Shown: positions 1 to 11,429 of the stretch, piece after piece
Position numbering within the stretch: position 1 is the stretch's first letter
How the letters are laid out: each line of letters opens with the position of its first letter
Translations under genes and position numbers: made by a program
NCBI GenBank assembly: GCA_031835245.2
Contig: JAVKOQ020000070.1
Span: forward strand, 186,001 to 208,978
Origin: Balamuthia mandrillaris
Lineage: Eukaryota
Length of the DNA stretch: 22,978 nt
Direction: 5' to 3'
Notes under the pieces: model-generated
Told to the model about the DNA's origin: nothing
The model's input: the letters and a program-made list of their open reading frames with translations, nothing else
Database searches by the model: none

Positions 1-119
1 TCCGCTACTTTCTCACCCTCGAATACTCGCGCCGTTTCTTCTTGGGCGGCGAGGAAAGGGAGAGCAGCAAGGAGGCAGAGAACAAGGAGACCGGAGTAGG
101 AGTGGTAAGACGCAGGCAT
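1..119 (-). CDS. 5' end of a probable secreted or membrane protein (partial, continues left of the window)
   Basis: The reverse strand from ATG at 119 reads MPASYHSYSGLLVLCLLAALPFLAA-QEETARVFEGEKVA with no stop to the window edge. It has a hydrophobic signal-peptide-like core and a small-residue cleavage site. An in-frame upstream ATG lies at 152. It is divergent from the gene starting at 973. Confidence 0.55.
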   Translation of the reverse strand, partial: MPASYHSYSGLLVLCLLAALPFLAAQEETARVFEGEKVA

Positions 120-972
120 TCTGTGCTGGCAGTGTTGTTGTAGTTGTGTCATTGCTGACCAGCAATGATATGGCTTGAAACGTAAAGGGGCTGCCGATGA
201 GGTGCTAGTTCATATTAATTAACTCGCGTTCAACAACGCCGATATAACCTCTTTATGTTTATTGATGTAATAAAAGTGTTGCGAGAAGGCCCACCCAAAA
301 AAACTGGAGAGGCATCGAGCGCAGCGGCCCCTGCCTCTCCGCTGCCCCAGCCCCGCGCCCCGCCCCAGCGGCCTCACCCATGCCAACCTCTATCTCTCAT
401 CCGCTTTGCGGCCGCCGAAGCATAACATAAAGAAATATTGTAAAATTGAATTGTTTGATATTTCATTGGACAATCTATTGCCTAATATGGATTCAAAATC
501 TTGGTCATGCTGTTCGACGAACACGGAACATTTTCTACGGCCCGATTGTCCGCGTTGATTTTGTGGAATTATGCAGAGGTCCGATGGACATGTTCCGTCC
601 CTTTTTGTTTTCCATCAACCACCAATTTTTATCGAAGACTTTCCAAATATGCACCAGGCTGACGCCCGTTCAACCAACAACATAACACAAAACCGAAACC
701 TTCTTCTTCAACAACTCCAAGTCAAAGAAAGCAAAGGGAACAACGGTCCCCCCCACTGAAGTGCAACAACCTGAGAAAGGGAGGACTGAAGGCGTCACCG
801 ATCAAACAGTCCTCTGGTTACATTTGAGAGGCAAAGACAAGAAGAGAAGGAGAAGGGGAGCGTCTAGGAGAGAGTTGTGTTCGCTGTTTGGCCGCCTCCT
901 GGGCAAAGTGTTGTCCTTGGTTTCCTTTTGTATTTACTTTTATCTCTTTTTGAATAAGCAAAAGAAAAAACA

Positions 973-1134
973 ATGGAGGAAACCAAAGTCAACGTTCAAG
1001 AGCTGTTGATGATAGAGTTTCTATCCTCGGCAAACAAGTTGCTTTCTGGTTTGGTACGGAACGCACTCCTCCTTGTCTATGAAAGCCACTTCCCTCTTTA
1101 GTTTTTAAATACTTTTTGGAGCATTCATATCTAC

Positions 1135-1165
<31 letters not shown>

Positions 1166-1526
1166 CCTCCCTCCCTCTCTCTCCCTCTCTCTCCCGCTCT
1201 CCCTCTCTCTCCAACTTGTTTCATGTACTGTTGCTAAAAGCTTCTTCGGATGAAAACGATGCTTCTTGCATAAACCAAAACCGCAACAACATAAAACCAG
1301 GTTAAGTCCTTGACAGAGCAGCTGCACACGCTGTTTGAGGAGGATCAAACGGTGAAAGACTCGGAGCTGTTTCAGGCCACCTTGGCCGGGTTCAGGAACC
1401 TTTCTGTGGCCGACCGGAACGCCCTGCGGTTCTTTGTGGACCAACTGTTGGAGTGGAGGAAGAAAAAGAAGCCAGAGGACTCGGACAACGTTAAGGTTCC
1501 TTCTTTTCTCTTTGTCTCTCTCTGTC

Positions 1527-1567
<41 letters not shown>

Positions 1568-1965
1568 CTTGTTCATTATTGCTGCAATAATGAACAACAA
1601 AGAGAGAAAGAAGCGGGAAAGATGAACAAGTGGAAGAGGAGGAGCAGATACTCATCTTTGTTCGTTTTTTTGTTCTTGGTAGTTGCTTCGAGACTATCTG
1701 TTCTTCACGGTATTGTTGGTGCTGCCGCTGAAGGACCTGGACGCGAGGGAGAAGCAGGTGGCCAGCCTGTTTGCCGCCTGCTGGGACTTTTTCGAGAGCA
1801 GCCACGAGGCGGAGGCCAATGAGGGCGGCAGCGGCGGCGATGCGGCCGTGGGCGGCACCGCTCAGGCCAACCGCCAGCTCGTTAGCTCCCTTTGTACAAA
1901 AGTTCTCGCTGCCATTTACCCTCACAGGTTTGTTTCCTACTTCTTCACTCTACTTTCATCTCTTC

Positions 1966-2015
<50 letters not shown>

Positions 2016-3408
2016 GTGCTAACTAGCTCTCAACACCGAAACGCAAAAACAGGTTTAACAGTACACCGGATCAGCTGGATGATCTCTTCCACCTGAAGAA
2101 GGACGGCAAGGGCGGCTCCAAGAAGAAAGTGGAAAAGGCTCACGAGCAAGTGCTCGTGCAGTACCTCTGCCCCCTGGTGGAGAACGAGCTGGACTACGAG
2201 CAGGACCAAAACTTTCTGGGCTTCCGGGAGACGCTCGGCACGACCTTCGCCCCAATCGTCGGCAGCTGGAACGACAAGAAGAAGGAGAAGAGCGGCTTCC
2301 GCTCCGTCATCAAGACCGTCATGCGCTGCGTGCAGCACAGCCAGGACATCGGCAGCCGTTGGGGGGCCTGGCTCAGCGATGCCAAGAAGAAGACCGAGAG
2401 CCTGGACGAGGTGGCCCTCCTCATCAAGGCCCACGTAAAACACTTTGGCTCCACCGTGACCAACCTGGAGAAGGAGAAGCTGGGCAAGCACCTCGCCGGG
2501 CTCAAGTTCCAGACTGCTCGCCAGGAGGCCAACCTGGTCTACATCGTGCGGGAGGTGGTGGTGGCGGCCAAAGAGGAGACCAGGACCCATTGGGGCCTCT
2601 CCATTGTGCACAGCCTCATGGACAGCAAGCTGGCCAAGTCCATCGAGGCTGGCGTAAAGGCGTGCAAGGTCATGGTCACAGAGCCTAGCGTGTCGTTCCC
2701 GCCGTCGGAGCTAACCTCCATTCGAAAGAAGCTGTTGCAGTTGCTTACCGCCTCCAAGGAAGTTGCTGGTAGGACATTCATCCTTTAGTTTTCTCTTTCT
2801 CCTTTCTGTTTGCTTCTTTCTTTGTTGCTTCGTTTCTTCTCTTTTGCTAACCTTACAACAAATAGCCAACCCATCCTTGATGTGCGCCTGCATATCATTG
2901 GTGCTCCACGTGCTGCTGGAAACGAACGACGAGATGGCAAAGAGCTTTGTGAAGGTGTTGGGAGACCATTACGTGAACTCTTCTCATCCTGGAATAGTGA
3001 TGAGAGCGGGCAGAGCTCTTACCAATATCATCAAGAAGCATCCAAGCTTGCGGCCTGACCTGTGTGCTGAAGTGGCGGAGTGCATCACTTTAACCTGGAT
3101 CAGGAGCGAAGTGGACATTCCAGATGAGAAGCTTGGAACCTATTTGAGCAAGGTATCCTTTTTTTTTTCCTTCTTTGCCTGTGTTTATGTTGTTTAGTTT
3201 GCATATTTTCACAAAGTGGTGAACTAATGCGCTACATGACAGTTGCTTTCATTGCTGAGTGCTTGGAAGGATACGCCACTGGATGGTAAGGACGTACAGG
3301 CTTCGGACATGTGGCTACCCTTTGTCGAGGCTATTGCGTTTGTTATTCTTATTGGATGTAACTCCACTGTTATTGGGTAAATCATTCTCCCCTTCCTCTC
3401 CTCCTATG

Positions 3409-3457
<49 letters not shown>

Positions 3458-5043
3458 CGCATATAACAATGTAAACAGAATGAAAGGATTGGAAGTATTG
3501 CAAGCGTTGTGGGAAATATCACCTCGCAGCTACGGTCCAAGGAAGGATTCCAACAGTCCTCTACCACAACGACTCTTCGAGGCCTATTTGGCTCAATATA
3601 AGCTCAAGTGTCCTGAGCCAAGTCCTTCTCCCAGCGGAGAAGATTTTCAAAAGTTTTTGTATGTTCTCAACAAGGACACCGACGATGGAAAACTGGAGGC
3701 ATGGACGGATCTAGTTCTTGACGCTATGAAGTTTGCCAAGGATGCTATCTCTGTGGCTTGGACGATTGTGCGTTCCATTCTCTTATCTTTCTTTCTTTTT
3801 TGTTGTTATTTCTAAAAGTTAACACAAAACTGATGTAACCCAACGCTGATCAGGTAATGGCCAAAATCGAAAAGAATCACTCTTCCAAAGAGAACAAGGA
3901 GAAAACGCCCAAAGAAGACGAGTGGTGGAAGAGACTGATCTTGTTCGCTTGTGTTACAGCACGTAGGGCACTTTGTCCTCTTGTCCCGTTGTTCTTCTGC
4001 CTCTTCTTCTGCTCCATCCTCTTCATTCTTTTCTACGCGCTCGTATATTAACTCCATGCTGTGGCACATGTTGCAGATTCTGAGACTGGTCTGGTCAAAA
4101 ACGTCTACTTGAACAATCTGGTTCAAACTATTGGCATGAAGAGCAATCTTGGCACTCTATTCGAAATCATATTGAAAGCCAAGGAAACCAACTTTTCCAA
4201 AGACGTTGCAATCACGGTAACTAACACCTTCTTCTTTGTTGCTTTCTCTATTTGTTTTTGACCACAGTCTTATCAAGGGATTACAACGATTACCGCCACA
4301 AGCCGCAGTGTACAACCAATTAACAGCGTCCATCAAAGAAAAGATGTCAAAGCGAGCTTGGAAGACCAAGTTTGTCAGCGGTGCTTATTTGCTTTGCTAA
4401 CCGCAATTTGCTTGGTGTTTGTTTTAATACTTCTCTCCTTTTCGGTTTGTAGCAATCTGCGCTTATATTGCGGAGAAGAGATTGGCAGAGTTAGATGTTG
4501 ACACCTTCAAAGCGGCACAAAGTCTTCTTAAAGAGTTTATCGATGCAAACAAGGTATTCTGCTTACTTGAACTAGCCTGGTTTGGTTGGTGACATTTTTT
4601 TTTGAACGTTTGCAGAAAGAATTCTTCATGGAAGACGCGCTGGACGCTGCTGTGTTGTTCGAAGGAATAGAGAAGAGTGTGCGCTTCCACTTTTGCAAGG
4701 CAGTCACTTTCCTCTCCAAAGAGGGATTCAACAAGAAGATTGTTGTTTTTGAGCCTGTACATATCTTTTTCACTCCTCCTTATTTTCTTTGTCCATGCTT
4801 CACTCTTTATGCATTCTTCCTTTTTTTCGTTTCTCACTTCAACATTCTATCTTCTGTTTTACAGGCGGATTGTGGAAAGCTGTTCCACACTTTGAGAAAA
4901 TGGTGTATTGACGATGTGCTCAAAGTGAAGATTGACTTGAAGAAGGAAGAGAAGGAATGGAAACGAGACTGCAGCATGCTCGAATACTTGAAAGATGAAC
5001 TCCGCAAGATTCATGTCGCCGCTGCTGCTGTATACTTGCCTAT

Positions 5044-5094
<51 letters not shown>

Positions 5095-5993
5095 TATTTC
5101 CACCGTCAAAAAGAAGAAGCGCTAACAAACAATATTAATGCACATAGGGCATATCCTATTTACTATGCAGTCAATTCGAAGAGAAAATGAAGCTCAACTG
5201 TACAGATGGTCTCAAGAACAGCGCCATCATCGACTGGATCAACGAGGACATCAAGCATCCCCTCAAAGATATCTACGAGTCGGCCAGACTCGCTCTCGAG
5301 CACTACATTATTATCAACTGCGGCGGCATCTGGAAGCCCAAAGTGGGGCATGGCAGCGGCGGGCAGCTGCTTGTGGACCTGGTCAACAAGTGCTATGACT
5401 CTCACAAGCAGGTAGGCAAGGGCTACTTCCAGAGCCTCGTAAACGGCTGCATCAACACGCGTGGAGAAAGCGATTATCAGCCCGGTTCCGAGGACGTTCA
5501 CGCCACCTTGCTCTTCCTAAGCTTCTATAAGTTGGGAGATGATAGCAGGGAGGTACGACAGAAGGCATTGGAGCTTAACAGATATCTCTACCCTCTCATC
5601 CAGAACACCCACAAGATCAACCTCTTCCCTACCTCCGTTTTGGCCTACTATAGGTTGGCCGTAAACAGCAGCCTCCAAATGGACTGCGACTATGTGCCCT
5701 GGCAGTATGAGATCTCGGCCATCTTGGCCAAGCAGCATGACTCCAAGGACTCGCACAGGATGGCAGCGGTGTTGTTGCAGCAGATGTCCTCCAGGGTGAC
5801 CATCAACAAAGAGACCTGCTTGCAGATCTTCCAGGAGATCGAGTGGCTGTTGGCTTGGTTGGACACTATGGATCCTATTGACCAGGAGTCCTTGCAGAGA
5901 ATCTTTATCTTGATTAGGGATCACTACGAGGTGCACCCACGTGCTGTTCAGAGGCTTTGGTGCACCGTTGCAAGAAAGGTATGTTCACTCTCT

Positions 5994-6029
<36 letters not shown>

Positions 6030-7777
6030 CTTTTGTGATTACTAAGCATGGTTGTTTGGTAAACTATAGCCAGGAAACCTTAAAATTATCTTCGAATACT
6101 TCCTGAGTGAAGAGAAATGGACCATCATGAGAAAGAAGGTTTGTTTTCAACCCGTTTATGTATACAAGATGTTGTTGTATACTAGAGTTTGCTAAGGTTT
6201 ATCTTTTGTTGACTGCGACGATGGGATTGCGAATACCAGTACTCGTACGACATTAACTTGGTCAAATGGTTGGTCGTTTCTATGGCCCAAAAGAACCTGC
6301 TCAAGAGCTCCACCACCGTCATGAGAGCCAAAGATAAGGAGGATGCCCAAGCCCTCAACCGCATGATGATTGAGACATTGCTTGATGTATGTTCTTTTCT
6401 TTTCTTCTTTGTTTGTCTTTGCGTTTTGTTTCTTATTGACTATATTTTCAAAACATTTCAATAGGATGTGGATAAGATTCATATCTTCCCTGATGCGAAG
6501 CGACACACTCGCGCTCTCTTCCTTCTTGCAGAGCTCGTGGCCGAGATACCACTGGTCGAATACCACGAGTACCTTCCTAAGATGATGCAAACCATTTTCC
6601 TGGGTACTTGTTTCTTTCCGCTTTGCTTCTTTTGTTTTTTCTTCTCACTTTCTCTATCTCGTATTCCTTAGCTTTTGCCAACAATGGTCAGTCCAAGCAA
6701 GTCGGCAAACACTACTGCCTCCTCTTCGGCAATATCATGAACCTCTTTTCCTTCCAGCGCTGGCAGGTCAGCATGAATAGCTCCCGCATTGCCGGTGGCG
6801 GGACAACCACCATCTGGAAGGACGACCACTACTTTCGTTGGGACAAGCTGCACGATGCCTCGGCCTTCAGCGGTAGCGATGACACCCTTACCAACGCAGT
6901 CTCCAAGCTTACGCTCCAAAAAGTGGACGTTTTGTGCCACAAAGTCTCAGAGGTGATCTTCAACTCTCAGGACAATATGTTTGACCTCTCCTCCGGCAAG
7001 AGGCAATGGGCTTTGAGAGCACTCTACTTTGGTAAGAAAGCCTCCTCGCTGAGGATGAGGCGCCTGTCTTATCACATGTATCGCTTCCTCATGGCCACTT
7101 TGGAATTTGAGAGGTATATCACTGAGGACGTGCAGAAGCTGTTCAAGCACTTTGTGGAGGAGCTGAAGCTGCAACCGGGAACCCTCTCTAACGTATCAAT
7201 GATCATCATTACCGAAATAGTCTCAACCATTCATGTACCTAGTTGCTTTCTTATCTCTTTTTCTTCCTTCCTTTCTTACCGTCTTTTGTTTTTCTTCGTA
7301 TTTTGTTCAACTGAAACAAAACAGCAAATGTTCAAGTTGGTGGTCAACAAACAAAACCTGGTGGACTTCCCGGTTCTCTTCTGGCTGCCGGTAACCATGT
7401 TGGACAAGTGCGTCAGCCGCGGTTTCGTTCCGATAGAGATCATAGATTTGTTAACCGACTTGGTCACCACTCTCAACAAATCCAAGATGTTGTCCGCGTT
7501 CACGAGTGAGATTGTGTTAAGGTATTCACATCGTTCTTCTCTATGCCTGCCTCTTCTTTGTTTGTTTATCATTTGCATCACATCTAAGTTATTTTGCCGT
7601 TGCTTTATTGTTTATTTTACAGGAACCCCGATAAACGTTTTGTTGGTTTGCATCCTTTGTTGACTTCGACACTAATTCATGGCGATGAAGCATCGAGACC
7701 ACGAACTGTTCTGGTTCGCTATCTTGTTTAATTTTTCTTTCACTTTTGTATGTTCAACTGGCAGATATGAATCTCAC

Positions 7778-7808
<31 letters not shown>

Positions 7809-10632
7809 TCAAGTTACTGTTCCATATCCTTGAACACGAAGAGTGGGACCGTGTCATGTTGTGCAACAATCTCCATCTCTTTGTTCGCAATTTGGTATGT
7901 GACTTTCCTCTATTTTGCCTATTTGTTATCTCATTCTCTTTGTTTTCTTCTTGTTCTTTCTCCTTTTGTCTCTTCCCTCGCCTTTCATAGCTTGGAATGC
8001 TTCCATTCTATGCAGAGCACATCAACCAAAACCCAGACTTTGTTTCACCGCGTCTCAGCAAGATGCTCAAGGGTTTCGCTGCAGTGACCTCTCGTCTGCC
8101 TCCAGCCATGAGGTCCGCTTTTGCCACATTGGCGGATATCTACTCGGTTAGCTGGAAGAATCACGCCGAGTTGATGCAGCACATGGCCTCCACACAGCAC
8201 GTAGTGGATCTCACGGAAGACCTTGACTTTAGAATCACCTTCTATGTTTGGTTATTGGGAGGTATGTTTTGTATTTCTTTCTCTCTTTGTCTTATTCTGT
8301 TATTTTCTTTTCTTTTGCTTCATTCTTTTAAAAGTGAAACTAACAAACGTTTGCCTATCTCTTTTGCTACATTACAGAGAGCTGTAGCGAAAGCCTGTTA
8401 CCTATCTGCATGCAGTCCAAAGACAGGGTTGGTCTTGAAATTCTCTTGACGCAGCAAAAGCAACAGAGAAAGAGACAACGAAGACAAGCCGCTGGGCTCA
8501 AAGAAAAACGAGACGAGATCAACCTGCTGGCTTTCAAGGATCTGAAACAGAACCTTTGGGACGTCATTCCCGATTCTCGTGTACCCAACTCTGGTGCTGT
8601 CGAGTCTCATATCATCGCAAGGGTACTTTCTTAATCTTCTTGTTGTTCTTTTTGCTTGTTTTCTGTATGGTTTATTCTCGTTCTTTCTTCTTATCTTCTT
8701 TGTTTGGGAAAAATAAGGACGCAATGAAAGCCTCTCCTCCTCTGCGTCGCTCGGATCCTACCAAGACATTAGTGGAGCAGAAGAAGCACAACGACATGAA
8801 GCTGGCAGCCTTGATGGACCAGATGGAAGTGCTCGAAGGTTTGTAGTAGTTCTCGTTGTTTGCTCTAGCCTATGCTCATACTTTCTATAGATGAACAGCG
8901 ACTAAGAGATAAAGAAGAAAGAGAGCGCGAACGCCTCATCGAAGCCGAGAAAGAAAAACAGAGATTGGCCAGAGGTGAGTACGAAGACGAAGAAGAAGTC
9001 ATAGAGAATGAACGTAACAACTACATTGCTGCAATGCAAGAAAGAGAGCGAGAGAGCAAAGGCAAAGAAAAGGAGAAAGAAAGGGATTACTCTTCGAGTG
9101 ACGACGAAGACTATCAAGATGAGGAACCTGTAGTAGAACAATCTCGATCTCCACCTCAACAACAACAACAACCAGAAGAAGATGAGGACGAGGAAGAAGA
9201 TGAAGAAGAATCAGAACAAGAACAACGCGGACCAAGTCTTAGTGAGGAAGAAATGGAAAGACAGCTGGAACGCGAATTGGAGGAATATAGACAAAAAGAG
9301 AGAAGAAGTTCGCAGGCTACTGAAACTGAGAAGTCTACTCCCAGGGAGAGCAGCAGTAGACATAGGAAGAAGTCCTCTACCTCTTCTTCATCTTCCTCTC
9401 GCTCTTCCAAGTCAAGTAGAGGCGAGAAAGAGAAGGAGAAAGAGAAGGAGAAAGAGAAGGAGAAGGAGAAGGAGAAAGAGAAAGAGAGAAAACGCAAGAA
9501 ATCAACACCGAGCAATAGAAGCAGAGACTCAGAGAAGAGAAAGAGCACTTATCATGGCGGTACTTCTACCATGTCCAGAAGAAAGAGCAAGAGAGAAACC
9601 ACCAGACCTGAAAGCAGGGAGAAGATAGATGCTGAACTTGCAAGAATTGCTGCGGAGGAGGAAGAGAGGTTAAAGAAGAAGGATCAAGAAGAGAGAGAAG
9701 AGAAGGAGAGACTCTTGGCACAACAAATGGTAACGAGAGAATCGCAAGTCAACGAGAGAAGTTTCACCAGAGAGCAAGAAAAAGTCAGTGATAAAGAGGA
9801 AGCTAGCGATCATGAGGATGACGAGGAGGAAGAGCGTAAAGCTACTGCCCCGTTAACCAGCGCTAGGGAGGAACGAGTTGGCTTCGAGGAGGAGACGTTG
9901 AAGAAATCGCCAAAAGAAGAGCAGGAAAAACACTATGAGGACGAAGAACCAGATGCAAGAGAAGAGAAGAAAGAAGAGGAAGAACATTCAAGCGAAGAGG
10001 AGAAAGTGGTATCTCTCAAAACTGTTGATGGTGATGAAGACCAAAAGCAAGAAGGACAAGCAGAGAAAGTGCTTGGCGAACAAGAGTCAAGTTCGAGTGA
10101 TGATGCGGACGCAAAAGAGGAAAATGAGAGGGCCGAAAGTTCCGAAGAAGAATCTTCTCACGAGGATGAAGAAGAAGAGGAACGCGAAGATCACTCCGCC
10201 GTATCATCCAGCGATGACGAAGACGAGGACGAGCACGATGATAAACACCAAAAAACCATCGCCGCATCCGCAAACATTGAGTCACAAAAGGAAGACGAAA
10301 GTGACGATGAGAAGAAGCTAATCTCCAACTTTTGGTCGGACAAAGTGAACGAGCTCCGCAAAACCATTCAATCGGGTTATGCCATCTACGCGGAGGACTT
10401 ATACTTGCCTGTTGTCGAGGAAGAGAGCCTCGAGGAGATTATACACTGCAACGCCGACGCCAGCAAGCCAACCAAACTCTATGCTTTGGGCTTGGCCATG
10501 AACTACTATAAGGAAGTGAGGGCGGCGCTGGCCGACCCGCAGAACGAGTGGGAGGACTTGGAAGAGCTGGAAGAGATTCAACAGGCCATCGAGGAGGTCC
10601 TTCGAAGGAACTATGCTATGCTTCAGATGTAA
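973..10632 (+). CDS. Divergent Furry/Tao3/Mor2 (cell morphogenesis, HEAT/ARM scaffold)-like protein with a long acidic, charged C-terminal tail; ~2,400 aa, 25 exons
   Basis: Phase-consistent GT-AG model: 973-1053, 1301-1495, 1683-1927, 2053-2768, 2866-3152, 3243-3376, 3479-3767, 3854-3962, 4077-4216, 4278-4380, 4453-4553, 4616-4756, 4865-5029, 5148-5978, 6070-6138, 6240-6386, 6465-6603, 6672-7234, 7325-7521, 7623-7713, 7814-7894, 7991-8261, 8378-8622, 8718-8838, 8891-10632 (7,203 nt). Blocks resembling Furry occur in the expected order: FFVDQLLEWRK, LLFLSFYKLGDDSREVRQKALEL, QYEISAILAKQH, VQRLWCTVARKPGNLKIIFEYFL, EYLPKMMQTIFL, ASSLRMRRLSYHMYRFL, FPVLFWLPVTML, FVGLHPLL. Recognised from memory of the family, not by search. 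Some individual splice sites could shift. Confidence 0.75.
1569..1597. repeat. Perfect 14-bp inverted repeat with a 1-nt spacer inside intron 2 of the Furry-like gene
   Basis: ttgttcattattgc (1569-1582), t, gcaataatgaacaa (1584-1597): the two arms are exact reverse complements. Confidence 0.9.
1968..2009 (+). repeat. (CT)n microsatellite, representative of many intronic CT tracts
   Basis: Pure (CT)n run. Similar tracts lie at about 1136-1212, 1515-1564, 3410-3453, 5049-5090, 5997-6025, 7783-7808, 11395-11425, 14572-14595, 16927-16949 and 21605-21664. All fall within predicted introns with pyrimidines on the sense strand. Confidence 0.95.
9424..9486 (+). repeat. Coding (Glu-Lys)n dipeptide repeat
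   Basis: GAGAAR hexamer repeats encode about ten EK units in the last exon of the Furry-like gene. Confidence 0.9.
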
Positions 10633-11048
10633 CAAAACTCCAACTCAATTTTTTTTTCTCCGCACACAACAAACACAAAGCACCACCTCCTCGCAAACAA
10701 AAATAATCGATTATTTTTTAGAAACAAAACTTTTTTTATTTCGTTTTAACGGACCGTTTATTTCTTTGTCCTCCTTCTCATTGTTCAAGATGGAAGGTTG
10801 GTCATGCTAACGTCGGCGAGCCTGTCCTTTCTTCCTTCCATGCCTTGGTAAATATTAGCGAGTGGTTGTTATTAGTTTCTTTTGATAGTTTGTTATCGCT
10901 CTTCCTGCCCAAGTTCCGCTCTGTGTGCATATAATGGTTTAATAAAGCTTCAATTTGGCTGTCCAATCCCGCAGCAGCAATTTTCAAATTTTGTGGTCCA
11001 CCCTTGTTCTTTGTTGTGTAAAAGCTGAACATAAACAAGGCTTGGAGG

Positions 11049-11389
11049 ATGGGGGCCGCTGCTGGCTCTCTGGTGTTGCTGTTGTTGGCTGCCTTGTGCA
11101 CCGTTGCTTCGGCACAAACAGGCAGGTTTTTTCTTTCGCACCGCTTTTTCCTTTGTTTCTTGTGCTTATCCCAACAACAGGTTACTTTGAGGTTGGTGGG
11201 ACGGGCAGTTCTTGCACGGAAAGCGAACCGTGTGCCGATCCTTTCGTCTTCTTAGCCTCTAATGCGTTTGAAGAATATGTTTTGGCGGCGGGACAATATT
11301 CTTTCCATGACACGGTGTTTCCTAACCGAAACTTTACTCTCAGGTTTGCTTTCGCCATCCTCTGTTTTTTGTCGTTTCTCTGTTCGTTC

Positions 11390-11429
<40 letters not shown>

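Noticed and set aside
446..1009. Short ORFs upstream of the Furry-like gene
   Set aside because: No motifs and no consistent splice links; more likely promoter or 5' UTR.
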